From positions 160,001 to 224,000 of the forward strand of contig CAXXFV010000015.1 in assembly GCA_963674595.2 (NCBI GenBank): 64,000 nucleotides of DNA, in the 5' to 3' direction. Shown in pieces: positions 49,422 through 61,100 of the stretch. This DNA is from a bacterium. Lineage in GTDB: Bacteria > Zhuqueibacterota > Zhuqueibacteria > Residuimicrobiales > Krinioviventaceae. Every line of letters begins with the position of its first letter. The first letter of the stretch is position 1. A model generated the notes under the pieces. The model ran no database searches, was not told the origin of the DNA, and saw only the letters and a list, made by a program, of their open reading frames with translations. Both the position numbers and the translations under genes were made by a program.

Positions 49422-50642
49422 CTATTCATATCTCAGTGCAACGATAGGATCAAGTTTAGCCGCTTTTGTTGCCGGGTAAACACCAAAAATAAGGCCGACG
49501 GCTGAGCAAAAAATAAGGCCTAAAAAGACTGTCCAGACGGGTACGGCGGCTGGTATGGGCGTAACTAAATCGACAAGCTTGCCTATACCAAGCCCCAAAA
49601 GAATACCAATAACGCCTCCAAACTCACTTAACACAATAGCCTCGATAAGAAATTGCCATAAAATATCTCTTCTTTTGGCCCCGATTGATTTGCGGATGCC
49701 GATTTCTCTGGTACGTTCCGTAACGGAAACGAGCATAATATTCATAATTCCAACACCGGCAACAACCAGCGCAATGGACGCAATAGCAATGGCAACAATA
49801 CGTACATATTTTGTCATGTTGTCAAAGAAATCCATAAATTGGTCGTTTGTACGGATTTCAAAGTCGTTTTCTTTGCCGGGCGCAACCTTTCGCACAGCCC
49901 TTAATATACCGATCACCTGGTCCATCGCTGCCTGGTATTGTTCGGTGCTTGCGGCCCTTACGGTAATGTTAACGGACCGATGTTTTCCGTATAGTTTTTC
50001 AAATCGTGAAATGGGAATAACAACCCGGTTGTCACGGGTGTTTCCAAAAATACTGCCTGTTTTTGCTAAAATACCGACAACTTCAAAGCGTTCACCTTCA
50101 ATTTTAATATCTTTGCCTATTGGATCTTCATAAGGAAAAAGTCGTTCGACTATTTCCAAACCAATGACGGCTATTCGTCGGCTGAAATCAACGTCCTGAT
50201 TTGTTATAAAACGCCCCTCGCCAATTTCATAACTATTATGTTGTAAAAATTCCGGTGTGCCGCCTGCAACGGGAATAGTCGGCATAGTTTTTTTATCTTT
50301 ATAACGAATTTCCTGTCCAAAAGTCCACACTTCAGCACCAACCTCTGATGTTGCTGTTGCATTTTTTCTTACAGCGGAAGCTTCTTCAACAGTGAGGTCT
50401 TTTCGATTTCTGTATTTTGACCAGTCCCCTCCACCTACGGATGGGAATTTTTGTACCTGAAAAACATTGGCGGCCAGGATGTTGGATTGTTCTTTAATAC
50501 TGTTTCGTAATCCGGTAATGAGGGATTGCATAGCGATGATTGTCATGACGCCAATGATTATACCCAGCAGTGTCAATGCAGAACGCATTTTGTTGGTACG
50601 AATAGCATTTAAAGCAATGTCAAAACTTTCTATAATATACAC
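49422..50642 (-). CDS. ABC transporter permease, MacB/FtsX (YknZ-like)
   Basis: NKMRSALTLLGIIIGV, GVGIMNIMLVSVTERTREIGIRK, LDPIVALRYE. Confidence 0.95.
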   Translation of the reverse strand: MYIIESFDIALNAIRTNKMRSALTLLGIIIGVMTIIAMQSLITGLRNSIKEQSNILAANVFQVQKFPSVGGGDWSKYRNRKDLTVEEASAVRKNATATSEVGAEVWTFGQEIRYKDKKTMPTIPVAGGTPEFLQHNSYEIGEGRFITNQDVDFSRRIAVIGLEIVERLFPYEDPIGKDIKIEGERFEVVGILAKTGSIFGNTRDNRVVIPISRFEKLYGKHRSVNITVRAASTEQYQAAMDQVIGILRAVRKVAPGKENDFEIRTNDQFMDFFDNMTKYVRIVAIAIASIALVVAGVGIMNIMLVSVTERTREIGIRKSIGAKRRDILWQFLIEAIVLSEFGGVIGILLGLGIGKLVDLVTPIPAAVPVWTVFLGLIFCSAVGLIFGVYPATKAAKLDPIVALRYE

Positions 50643-50658
50643 TATTTATATCCTTTTG

Positions 50659-51894
50659 TTATTCATATCTTAAGGATTCAATGGGACTTAACCGCGCGGC
50701 TTTGCTTGCCGGGTAAATACCAAAAAACAAACCAATTGTTACAACAAATGCCAGACCGAGAAAAGCTACCCAGGCTGTTATAGCCGCAGGAATGGGAGTG
50801 CTGGTCTTGATAAAATATGCCAGTCCAACGGCAAGGCCTATTCCAATGGCAACACCAACAGCGCATATCATCATGGATTCAATTAAAAATTGAAAAAGAA
50901 TATCTGCTTTTTTGGCGCCTATAGCTTTTCGGATGCCTATTTCTCGGGTCCTTTCTGTAACAGAAACAAGCAATATGTTCATAATACCGATACCGCCTAC
51001 AAGCAGAGAGATGGCGCCAACGCCGATGGCAACAGCCCATAAAACGCGTGTCAGGTTTTTATAGGTATCCATCAACATACTTTGTTTGTTGATGGCAAAA
51101 TCGTTTTCTTTATCCGGTGTCAATCCTCTGATGCGGCGCATAACACCGACAAGTTCAATTTCAGCATCTTCCATAAGTTCCGGGGAAGCCACTTTAACTT
51201 CAATGTCTACTGAACGCCATCTGGCACCAAAGTATGATTGAAAAACATCAATGGGGAGGTAGAGTCGTTGGTCCATATTCATGTCAAACATGGAGCCTTT
51301 TTTTTCAACAACGCCAATGACCTTTAATTTATGGCCTTCTATTTTTACCCGTTTGCCGATTGGATCTGTGTTGGGAAACAGGGATTCGGCTACTTCTGAT
51401 CCCAGAACACAAACAGCCCTTCGATGTTTCACATCCGTAGTATTCAGAAAACGGCCATATTCAGGAAAAGCATTGGACGTGATAAGGTATTGGTCGTTTG
51501 TTCCAACAATAACAACCCGTTCCACATCTTTTTCCTGATATTTTACCGTGCGGCGTGTATATAATGTCGGTGCAACGGCTTTGGCGAGTGTGGCCATGGA
51601 TTTAATTTTTTCAGCATCATCTTCTGTCAGGTTTCGCCTGTTTCGATAGGTAAACCATTCCGTATCGCTGCTCATGATCCAGGGGTATTTTTCGACATAT
51701 ATTGTATCTGTTCCAATAGCTGAAATTTGATTTTCAAAAGCTTTATTAAGGCCCTGAACAAGAGAAACGATCGTGATAACGGTTGTTACTCCGATAACAA
51801 TTCCAAGGGTTGTTAAAATCGACCGCATCTTGTATGAACGAAGCGCTTCAAAGGCAATTTTAACGCCTTCTCCAATGTAAATAAAAAATCTCAT
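50659..51894 (-). CDS. ABC transporter permease, MacB/FtsX (YknZ-like), paralog
   Basis: MRSILTTLGIVIGV, GGIGIMNILLVSVTERTREIG, LSPIESLRYE. Confidence 0.95.
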   Translation of the reverse strand: MRFFIYIGEGVKIAFEALRSYKMRSILTTLGIVIGVTTVITIVSLVQGLNKAFENQISAIGTDTIYVEKYPWIMSSDTEWFTYRNRRNLTEDDAEKIKSMATLAKAVAPTLYTRRTVKYQEKDVERVVIVGTNDQYLITSNAFPEYGRFLNTTDVKHRRAVCVLGSEVAESLFPNTDPIGKRVKIEGHKLKVIGVVEKKGSMFDMNMDQRLYLPIDVFQSYFGARWRSVDIEVKVASPELMEDAEIELVGVMRRIRGLTPDKENDFAINKQSMLMDTYKNLTRVLWAVAIGVGAISLLVGGIGIMNILLVSVTERTREIGIRKAIGAKKADILFQFLIESMMICAVGVAIGIGLAVGLAYFIKTSTPIPAAITAWVAFLGLAFVVTIGLFFGIYPASKAARLSPIESLRYE

Positions 51895-51909
51895 TTTTCA
51901 TTAACCAGG

Positions 51910-52590
51910 TTAATTTATAGCCTCATCCCGTTCAACCAGTCCGTCTCGTAAACGTATAATACGGTCTGAATGTTCGGCAATATATTCTTCATGGGTTACC
52001 AATACAATAGTATTGCCGGCGTCGTGTAGTGTTTCAAATATTTCCATAATTTCTTCGCCGGTTTTACTGTCCAGGTTTCCGGTTGGTTCATCCGCCAAAA
52101 TAATGGACGGATTGTTAACAAGGGCTCGTGCAATAGCGACTCGCTGACGTTGCCCACCGGAAAGTTCGTTTGGTTTGTGATGCATTCTGTCTGCCAGTCC
52201 AACTTTTTCCAGTGCTTCGGTGGCCATTTTTTTACGTTGAGAGGCCGGTGAACCGTTATAAATCAGAGGAAGTTCCACGTTGTGAAGACTGTTTGCTCTG
52301 GGCAGCAGGTTAAATGTTTGAAAAACAAAACCAATTTCCCGGTTGCGAATTTCCGCCAGTTGGTCGTCTGTCATATCGCTTACATTATTGTTGTTTAATG
52401 TATAGGTTCCGCCGCTTGGTGTATCTAAACAACCGACAATATTCATCAATGTTGATTTACCCGATCCGGAAGGACCCATAATAGCAACATATTCGTTTTT
52501 TTCTATAGATACATTTATTTTTTTTAATGCAGGGACTTTGACGGTCCCTATTTCATAAATTTTTTCAATGTTTTCAAGATTAATCAGCAT
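51910..52590 (-). CDS. ABC transporter ATP-binding protein (MacB/LolD type)
   Basis: [29 protein letters not shown]. Confidence 0.96.
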   Translation of the reverse strand: MLINLENIEKIYEIGTVKVPALKKINVSIEKNEYVAIMGPSGSGKSTLMNIVGCLDTPSGGTYTLNNNNVSDMTDDQLAEIRNREIGFVFQTFNLLPRANSLHNVELPLIYNGSPASQRKKMATEALEKVGLADRMHHKPNELSGGQRQRVAIARALVNNPSIILADEPTGNLDSKTGEEIMEIFETLHDAGNTIVLVTHEEYIAEHSDRIIRLRDGLVERDEAIN

Positions 52591-52605
52591 CAGAGGCCCT
52601 CATTT

Positions 52606-53850
52606 CTAATCTTTCTTTTTATCGTTTTTTATATGTTCTTTGCCTTTTTTTTCCTCAACTTTGGAGCCGTCCTTTAATAATCGTGATAAGGCTTTATAAC
52701 TACCGGATACAACCTTGTCACCTTCTTCCACTCCGGACAAGATTTCTATGTTTGTATCATCAGAAATACCTGTTTTTACAGGTGTTATTTTTGCGATGCC
52801 GTCTTTAACAACAAAGACAACTTCCTGCAATTCTTTTTCCGAAGGATTGTCGGTCTTTTCTTCTTTTGTCGCTGTTGTATCTGGATTTTCTTCTTTATTT
52901 ATTTGATCTTTTAACTCGTCGGCTGAACGCGCTGTTACGCATTGAATGGGTACAAAAAGAATGTTTTCATGAGTTTCGGTTTTAATATCAACGGTTGCAG
53001 ACATACCGGGCCGTAATTTTTCAACCTTTGAGGTTACAGCTATTTTAACTTCAAAATTTGTCACTTGTTCCTGCGTACCGCGTCCGCGGGTTGTGGCTGT
53101 ATGAGCAATTTCAGATACTCTACCTTCAAATGTTGTATCCGGAATGGCATCGATTTCGATACTTGTTTCATCATTCAAATTTACCAAAACAACATCGTTT
53201 TCGTCAATTTCAGACAAAACTTCCATACGTGACAGATCGGACACTGTCATAATTGGGTCTGCCTGAAATTGGGAACCAACCGCCATTTCACCTTCTTCTT
53301 TTAACAGTTTTGTTACTGTTCCTGCAATCGGTGCTGTTAGGAGGGTTTTTGATAAATCATCATTGGTCTGTTTTAAATAGGCATTAGCCTGCTGGACCTG
53401 GCTTTGTGCTGAAAGTTTGGTTGCTTCAACAGCGTCGAGGTCTGCTTTTGTGGTCAGGTTTTTTGCAAACAGATCATTGGTTCTGGCAAAATCAGCTTCA
53501 GCTTTTTTAAGACCGGCTTTGGCTGACATAAGCCGTGATTCGGCTTCCTCAACCAGGGCTTCGTAACGTTGTTTGTCAAGTTCTGCCAGGACCTGTCCTT
53601 TTTGAACATATTCACCTTCAATGACGTGAATTTTCATAATTTCTGAGGAAATACGGGCAGCAATATCAACATCCACTTCCGGTTGTATATAACCACTTCC
53701 GGAAACGGTTTTTGTAATGTCACCTTTTTCAATAGTTGTTACAGATACTTCTATGGATGGACCGCTGCTCTTTTTTAAGATGTAAAATACATAGGCAGCA
53801 ATACTGACTAAAATGATAACAAGAATCGCAATTTTTGCTTTTTTTGACAT
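52606..53850 (-). CDS. Periplasmic adaptor / membrane fusion protein (MacA/YknX-like)
   Basis: N-terminal TM, lipoyl half-motifs (EGEYVQKGQVL; APIAGTV), LRPGMSA. Confidence 0.93.
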   Translation of the reverse strand: MSKKAKIAILVIILVSIAAYVFYILKKSSGPSIEVSVTTIEKGDITKTVSGSGYIQPEVDVDIAARISSEIMKIHVIEGEYVQKGQVLAELDKQRYEALVEEAESRLMSAKAGLKKAEADFARTNDLFAKNLTTKADLDAVEATKLSAQSQVQQANAYLKQTNDDLSKTLLTAPIAGTVTKLLKEEGEMAVGSQFQADPIMTVSDLSRMEVLSEIDENDVVLVNLNDETSIEIDAIPDTTFEGRVSEIAHTATTRGRGTQEQVTNFEVKIAVTSKVEKLRPGMSATVDIKTETHENILFVPIQCVTARSADELKDQINKEENPDTTATKEEKTDNPSEKELQEVVFVVKDGIAKITPVKTGISDDTNIEILSGVEEGDKVVSGSYKALSRLLKDGSKVEEKKGKEHIKNDKKKD

Positions 53851-53901
53851 TTATATTCTCCAAATATATGTTATATAAATAGTTGCGATTTATAACTCTG
53901 T

Positions 53902-55278
53902 TTATTGAATTATTCCCATTGCCACATCAAGATAGCTTTTGGCGATTTTGGCATCAAATTCGACATTAACCAGATCTTTTTGTGCAGTGATAAGCTGTAC
54001 CTGTGCGTTTGTCACTTCCAATTCCGTTCCTGACCCTACACGTCGTTTTTCCTGCTGCAAACGCAGGTTTTCTTGAGCTGATTCGATATTTTCCTGGTTA
54101 ATTTTTATTATATCTTTATATGCTTCCAATTCCAGATAATATTGTTTTACAGATGCAATAACCGTACGTTTTTTATCTGTCAGGTTTTCTTGGGCAATTT
54201 TATAACTCAGTGTTTTTTGTTGAATATTGGCTTTGTCTGCAAATCCGTTGAATATATTTAAATCAAGAGAAGCACCGATGCTGACGGTATAATCCTGGTC
54301 TAGTTTGTTGGTATAAACCCGTCCGACATCTTGATTATTTCGACTATACGAAGCACTAGCACCGATAGAGGGAAGATATTGTGCCTTGGCAGCACGAATG
54401 TTGAAAAGAGCGGTTTTAACTTCCATTTCATAGGATTTTATTTGCTGGTTATTTTCCAAAGCAATTTGCGCTGCTTCCTGAAAAGTGATCTCTGAAAACA
54501 CAGGCTGCCCGTCATCTTCTCTAATCAAAACAGGTGTTTCGGGATTACGTCCCAGGGCATTGTTTAAATCAGCTTTGGAAATTTCAACAACATTCTGCTG
54601 AGTTATCAATTGTTTTTGGTATGTACCCATACTTACCTTTTGTTGAAAAACATCAGCCTGGGATGCTAATCCTATTTCCATTTCGGTTTGAACTCTGTCG
54701 AGTTCACCCTGAGCTTGTTTTAATGCCTGTTCATAAACACTTTGTAATCGCATATCCTTTAATAATTGAAAATAGGCTTCTTTTACACTTAAAATAACCT
54801 GCTGTTTGGTGCTGAGTTTGAGGTATTCGTATGATTTTTGGCTGCTTTTGGCTGCTTTGTAATTATTGGTACTGCGACCAAAATCGTAAATTTGTTGTTG
54901 AAGGGATATACTCGCGCTGTGTCGGTTTGTTTCAATTTTATCATTATATAAAACTAGTTTTTCGGTATAGAGTGGTTGTTTTGTGATAGGATCTTCACCA
55001 ATTTTTTCTGGTTCAGAGACTAACCGAGGTCCTTGAATCGATTTACCGGAACTAAACGATGTAGATACCGTCGGTAAAAAAGCTGACCGCGCAGAAGTGA
55101 CGGTGGTTGCCGCTATTTGTTCGCGATAGGCGGCGTTTCGCAATGTAGAATTGTTTTCTAACGCTATTTTAATACATTCTTCCAAACTCAGTGGAGTGTT
55201 TTCCTGGCTAAAAACATTATTTATTGAAAAAATCATGAGTAAAAGAAAAAGTACCATATATTTATTTAGTCGTGTCAT
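53902..55278 (-). CDS. TolC-family outer membrane channel
   Basis: LSLEECIKIALENN, duplicated OEP repeats (FLPTVS / YLPSIG; VKEAYF / VKQYYL); start ATG 55278 after GGAG. Confidence 0.92.
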   Translation of the reverse strand: MTRLNKYMVLFLLLMIFSINNVFSQENTPLSLEECIKIALENNSTLRNAAYREQIAATTVTSARSAFLPTVSTSFSSGKSIQGPRLVSEPEKIGEDPITKQPLYTEKLVLYNDKIETNRHSASISLQQQIYDFGRSTNNYKAAKSSQKSYEYLKLSTKQQVILSVKEAYFQLLKDMRLQSVYEQALKQAQGELDRVQTEMEIGLASQADVFQQKVSMGTYQKQLITQQNVVEISKADLNNALGRNPETPVLIREDDGQPVFSEITFQEAAQIALENNQQIKSYEMEVKTALFNIRAAKAQYLPSIGASASYSRNNQDVGRVYTNKLDQDYTVSIGASLDLNIFNGFADKANIQQKTLSYKIAQENLTDKKRTVIASVKQYYLELEAYKDIIKINQENIESAQENLRLQQEKRRVGSGTELEVTNAQVQLITAQKDLVNVEFDAKIAKSYLDVAMGIIQ

Positions 55279-55311
55279 GTTGTTATACTCCGATTGTGTC
55301 ATGAAAATTAT

Positions 55312-56037
55312 TTAGCCAAAAAGTTTACCAATCCCTGCTGTGATCAGAAACCAAATTAAATATAATGCGGTAACCCAAGGCCATACACTTTTTACTTTTT
55401 TATTTGTAACAACGGCAATACCGATCGTTAAAACGGTGATTGACCAGATGTTGAACATTTCAATGTTTGCTAAAAAACGATATAAAAACGTATCTTTAAG
55501 AGCATCAGACATAAAAGTAGCAATGGAAAAATGGACGTTTAATGTTTCACGGGCCAATATAATGGGAAGTTTGATAAGCCCGCCAAGCGTTGGAATGAGC
55601 ATTCGGAAAGCATGAATACTTGCAAGCTGGGTGAATTTTGCCTGTCCTCCAAGTAAGACATTGCTGACAAATAACCAAAATGCGCCGCCAAGAAGGATGC
55701 TGACGATTGTTGCAACAACGACGGAAGGATACATTACATATTTTGTGATTTTTGCACCCTTTGTTAAAGCCTCGTCGATCTGTTCTTCTGACATGCCTCG
55801 CTTTTTAAATGCTTCAACCTGTTTTTGAGATTGTTCTTTCATAATGATCGGTTTTAAAAAAACTGTCATACCCAATGAAAACAGAATGATGATAAGTGTC
55901 GGTTGGAACCATTTGGGGTGAACGATTATTTTGGAAAAAGTTATTCCCGGAGCAGTAAAAACTCCATAAATTCTTTTCCATAAATTCAAATCTTTTTGTT
56001 GTTCATCTTCATGGGAGGTATAGCTTAAATCTGTCAT
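55312..56037 (-). CDS. Yip1-domain membrane protein (YknW-like)
   Basis: RIYGVFTAPGITF..I...PKW.P, IEMFNIW; about 5 TM segments; first gene of the exporter operon. Confidence 0.85.
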   Translation of the reverse strand: MTDLSYTSHEDEQQKDLNLWKRIYGVFTAPGITFSKIIVHPKWFQPTLIIILFSLGMTVFLKPIIMKEQSQKQVEAFKKRGMSEEQIDEALTKGAKITKYVMYPSVVVATIVSILLGGAFWLFVSNVLLGGQAKFTQLASIHAFRMLIPTLGGLIKLPIILARETLNVHFSIATFMSDALKDTFLYRFLANIEMFNIWSITVLTIGIAVVTNKKVKSVWPWVTALYLIWFLITAGIGKLFG

Positions 56038-56085
56038 TATTTGGTCCTCCTGCGTAAATGACGTGAAACTAAAAAAAAGACGTAT

Positions 56086-57501
56086 TTATCCCTGAAAAGT
56101 TTCGTTTAAATATTGATCTTTTATATCAAGTAAAAATTGGTAAGCAGATTCGTGGTCGTTGGAGATTTCTCCGTTTAAAATAGCCTCTTCAATAGCTGTT
56201 TTGATTTTTCCGACAAGTGGTCCGGGTTTAATACCGCATATTTTTATTATTTCATCACCACGGACAGGTGGTTGAAACTGGCGTAAGCGGTCTTTTTCTT
56301 CAACTTCTTGTACCCGCTGAACGACATGATCAAAATTTGCCAGATGTTGTGCAACCCGTTTTGGATTACCGGATGTAATGTCGGCACGGCATAATGTTAT
56401 CAAATCGTCGATGTCATCTCCGGCATTAAATATCAGGCGGCGAATAGCCGAGTCGGTAACGCCCTCTTCTGCCAGATGAATGGGGCGTAGGTGCAGGTAA
56501 ATCAGTTTTTTTATGTATCGAATTGTCTCATTGGAAAGACGTAAATGTTTGCCGATTCGATTCATCATCCTGGCACCCAGGTCTTCATGTCCATGAAATG
56601 ACCAGCCGGTATCCGGATTGAATTGTTTTGTTAACGGTTTAGCTACATCATGAAAAAGCGCGGCCAAACGCAGGTCGAGTTTTGTCGACACATCGGAAAT
56701 GTTGTTTAAAACTTGTAACGTATGTATAAACACATCTTTATGTTTAAAATGACCTCTTTCATCAACCCCTTTTAGATCGGAAATTTCAGGCAATACCAAT
56801 TCCAGCACGCCGGTTTGTTCCATTATATTAAGGCCGATGGAAGGCTTTTGCGAGGCTATTATTTTTAACAACTCTTCAGTAATACGTTCCTGTGAAATTA
56901 TTTTTAAACGCTCTTTCTCATTAAACAACGCTTCTTTCGTTTTTCTTGCGATTTGAAAATTAAGTTGAGTCGCAAATCTTATGGCGCGCATTATTCGAAG
57001 TGGGTCATCAAAAAAAGTTTTCATCGGTTCCAATGGTGTACGTATTATCTTTTTCTTTAGGTCTTTTTGACCGTTAAAAGGATCAATTACGTTTCCATAG
57101 GTATTTTTATTTAATGAAACGGCCATAGCATTAATGGTAAAATCTCTTCGTGATAAATCAGTCAAGAGGTCTGCCTGCTCTACTTCAGGATTCCTGGATT
57201 CTCCCCGATAGCTTTCTTTTCGGGCACCGACAAATTCCAGAATATTTTTTTCATGCTTTACCATGGCCGTTCCAAACTTTCGGTATGTCGTAATTTGGGT
57301 AGAATTTAGGGCCCTGGCGACTTTTTCTGCAAATTGCGGTCCGTCTCCAATGACGACAAAATCAATATCTTTAACATCTTTCCCCAATAAATGGTCTCTT
57401 ACATAACCACCGACCGTATAAACTTCAATATTGAAATTATCAGCTACATTTCCGATAGTCTTTAAAATTGGATTTTCAAACGATATATTATTCAGATACA
57501 T
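56086..57501 (-). CDS. cca: CCA-adding enzyme / tRNA nucleotidyltransferase with HD domain
   Basis: VGGYVRD..LG..KDIDF, DLSRRDFTINA, DDPLRIMRAIRF, LFHDVAK, GHE. Confidence 0.93.
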   Translation of the reverse strand: MYLNNISFENPILKTIGNVADNFNIEVYTVGGYVRDHLLGKDVKDIDFVVIGDGPQFAEKVARALNSTQITTYRKFGTAMVKHEKNILEFVGARKESYRGESRNPEVEQADLLTDLSRRDFTINAMAVSLNKNTYGNVIDPFNGQKDLKKKIIRTPLEPMKTFFDDPLRIMRAIRFATQLNFQIARKTKEALFNEKERLKIISQERITEELLKIIASQKPSIGLNIMEQTGVLELVLPEISDLKGVDERGHFKHKDVFIHTLQVLNNISDVSTKLDLRLAALFHDVAKPLTKQFNPDTGWSFHGHEDLGARMMNRIGKHLRLSNETIRYIKKLIYLHLRPIHLAEEGVTDSAIRRLIFNAGDDIDDLITLCRADITSGNPKRVAQHLANFDHVVQRVQEVEEKDRLRQFQPPVRGDEIIKICGIKPGPLVGKIKTAIEEAILNGEISNDHESAYQFLLDIKDQYLNETFQG

Positions 57502-57661
57502 TTGTTTTGTTTTATTGTTAAAAAGAAATTATTTAATTGAATATAGTGAATTGATTTATAAAAATAAAGTGCTCCATTTTGTCTTTTGGGCAAAATTTTT
57601 AAAATTTATGTATAAATATTGCCTAAAATTCAAAAAAAAACCATATTTTTAAAAATTTTAC

Positions 57662-57690
57662 TTGCTATTTATTATCTGTATATTTATAAT
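57662..57690 (+). promoter_or_regulatory. Sigma70-type promoter far upstream of the giant surface protein
   Basis: TTGCTA-N17-TATAAT. Confidence 0.6.
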
Positions 57691-57976
57691 ATACTGATTT
57701 TTAGTTTTCTTATTAATCCATATTGGATTAAAAGTTAGGCATCTTTGTTAGGCAGCAAAATAAGAAAAGCATTTCATGGGAAAATTTAACAAAACTACAT
57801 CCTTACATTATTGTATTTGCTTTGTTTCAGCAATATACATTGTTTCACACTTACACGAATTATATTCCCCCTTTTTTTTAAATTTTAAAGGATTAAATGC
57901 TTTCATCTTGGCTGGCCGAAAAGCTGTCTTTGTCTTATGTTGAATAATTTTAGTTGGTTATGTCTTGTTGTTTTAA

Positions 57977-58019
57977 TTGTAAGTAAATTGTGATGTTCGT
58001 AACATCATTTTATTTACAA
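57977..58019. repeat. Long imperfect inverted repeat
   Basis: TTGTAAGTAAA..TGATGTT-cgt-AACATCA.TTTATTTACAA. Confidence 0.7.
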
Positions 58020-58030
58020 AATTAATAACA

Positions 58031-58045
58031 TGGCATCTTATTTGC
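58031..58045 (+). promoter_or_regulatory. Sigma54 -24/-12 promoter
   Basis: TGGCAT-CTTAT-TTGC, exact spacing, about 150 nt upstream of ATG 58198. Confidence 0.7.
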
Positions 58046-58197
58046 CAAAAGTCAACTGACAAATTCAGACAAGAGTTCTATTAATTTAGAATTTTACTTT
58101 TCCTTTTTTATAGGAGGTGAGATTGGTTTATATGGCTATTATGAATAGAATGAAACGTAATTTTTCTTTTATAATTAATTGTAAAAGGGAGGAAAGA

Positions 58198-61100
58198 ATG
58201 AAAAACAGTAGCAAGCAAATGGTAATGTTTCTTGTTGCCTTTATGCTGATTTTGAGTTTTTCCCAAATTGTTATGGCTCAAAACGGTACAATTGCCAACA
58301 GGGAAACTGCAGACCCGCAACAAACCGGTTATGCAAAGTGGATTAAAATAACGGTGAAAGGTGGTCCGGGTGGAAACGACAACCTGGATGACAATTTTTT
58401 GGGTATGAAATTTCTTGTCGATTTAAATGTCGATTTGGATAACAACGAAAATACCCATACCGGAGACGTGTATGAATTACGCGGAAATATTGCGGGTGAA
58501 ATTGTCTCTACACCAACTGGAACCAATGATTACGATTCCTATTTTTACCTGCCGGTAAAACAGGGTACGGATACACCCTATCCCGTAGGTGAAACGGGTT
58601 ATCCAACATCATTACAGCCAAGGGTTTGGTTACAAACCTCCGGTCAGTTGCGTGTTGGTACCGCTCCGTTTTCATTTCCAATTGGGATTGACGCCCAATT
58701 TGAAATTTGTGATGACGGTATAAAACCTGTTATTCGAAAAGCATATTATTATGATGACGGAACCGGAAACACAATAGCTGTTGCTAATGTTCACAGTGGT
58801 AATATCACACCGTTTGACGGCAGAATAGACCGTGTGGACCTGATCTGGAGTGAACCGATGCAAACTCCGGCCACCCCTGCTGTGGTCAACGGCATGTTTA
58901 CCAATCTGGGATCAACGATTTATGGTATTGAACCTGTCGGTGAATGGAACGTGACACCTGCTGTTATTGCCAATCCGGAAACATATCTGGACCCGGCAGC
59001 AGTACAACAGGAACTCGGTCAATTCCGTTTTACTTTTTATCCTTTTTCATCACAGCCCAATTCCGGTATTCAACCGATTTTAAACTATAATCCTCCGGCA
59101 TCACCTGATGATCGTTTTCGTGAATTAAGAGATTCCGCGAATCCTTATGCTTATGCTCAAACAAGGGCATTAACGGATAAAGCAGGTCCTGCTATTGTCA
59201 GTGCAAAAACAAAAAGAGCCAACAGAAGACAGCCTTTGGCCAATGCGTTGACAAGCCGAAGAATTGAGGTTACATTTAGTGAACCTGTTTTATTGTCTAC
59301 CGTTACAGGATCAGATTTTGAAGTTTTTACAAATGGTACATTGAATCCTATTACTGGGATTATCTCTCCTGTCGCACCTACAACCAGCAGTTCAGTTTAC
59401 GAGTTTCAATTAACAAACAATTTTGCAACTGAAAATGAAACCGGAACGATACAATATACAGACGTTGAAACGAATGAAGTACGTGACATTCTTGGAAATG
59501 TAAACGGTCATTCAACTGCGCAAGAACCGCCTGTTCGTCCGGCAAATTCACGTGGATTAGTAATACCGATAACAGATGGTATTTTCCCAAATATTATTCA
59601 GGTAACCACAGTCGATGCTGACCCTGCCACACAAATGGCAACCGGTGGCACCTGGGGTTGGGGTTATTTGGATTATGTTGATGTTTTGTTTGATCATGCC
59701 ATGAATATTACCAGAACAAGCGTATCGGGATTTTCTGTTTCCGGTATGGGTATTCAGACAGTTGGCGGAACAGGTGTATGGCTTGAAGACGGCAGAACAT
59801 TTCGCGTTCCTCTTGTTGCCACAGATCCCAAGTTACCAAACACCGGTATTATTCCGACTGTGACATATACAAATCCGGCTGATCCTTATGGCTGTGAAGC
59901 AACAAATGGCGGAAACGCAGAAAATCTGTTATCAACAGATACTTATGTCTCTTCGAACAATTATTTAGCTGTTCAAATTTTGGATGGCGCCGGTCCTGCC
60001 ATTATTAAAGCTTACACAGCCGGTAGAAAACGAATTCGTGTATCTTTTAGTGAAAAAGTTAACACGAATGGTTGGCCGACATCTTTGGCCACTTCTCAGG
60101 CACCTACACGTTTTAAATGGTACGTTGGCGCGACACTTTCTGATCCTATTACAACCACGATTTTCTTTACCGGATTGTCTGGCGGTCGTCAGGACAGTGT
60201 TGTTTATTTAAATCATAATAGTTCTGAATGGGCTAAAACAGACAGCGGCGGCATCAACTTTTTTGCTCAAGGCGCTGTTTTCGATCTCAATGGCATTCAA
60301 AATATGCAATGGGATAATGACAATAGTCTGCTCATTAGAAATTTAACAAATCCGGACGTTAAAGTACGTCGCGATAATATCGCACCTATTTTACTTGTTT
60401 TGGAAACAGTAGATATTGATTTGGATGGTAAACTGGATCACTATCGCTTTTCATTTGATGACTTGTCACCGATCTTTCCAAGAAGCTCTTTTAATGTTGC
60501 AAATTGGTCGATCACAGGTTATGACGGTGTGAAAAATAATTTACAGGTTGATTTAAATGTCTATAATCCTTTCCATTCATTTTTTCAACCAACAGCAATA
60601 AATACTTTTGGTGATACTGTTGAAGTATTTGTCAAATTTGACGAAACAACCGGAGCAGGACCTGAAGTTACACCTTATGGTGGAGATACGGGTGATGTCC
60701 CGGATGTGGTTGTCGATGCAAATAACGGTTTTGCAGACTGGGCTGATAATGTGATGGCAGCACTTCCTGTCGGTTTAACCGTTGAAGCAGATAAAGCAGG
60801 CCCTGCAATTATGAGTGCACGGACTGTTAATACTTATCAGGTTGAAACATTCATTAGTGAAAATTTAAAAAGTTCTACAATCAATAAAGAAGACTTTGTT
60901 CTTGATATGGGTTTAAATGTGGGCATTGGCTGGTCATTTGACAATGTAACTCAGGTAAGCCCTGGAAAAGTTGTTATTACAGTCTATCAAAATCCGACAT
61001 TGTTCTGGTCTCCAACACAAAACGGAACCGTACAATTTTCTGAAGTTGGTGTTGTAACAGATAATATATCCGGTACGGATAATGGAAATATGCAGGTTGC

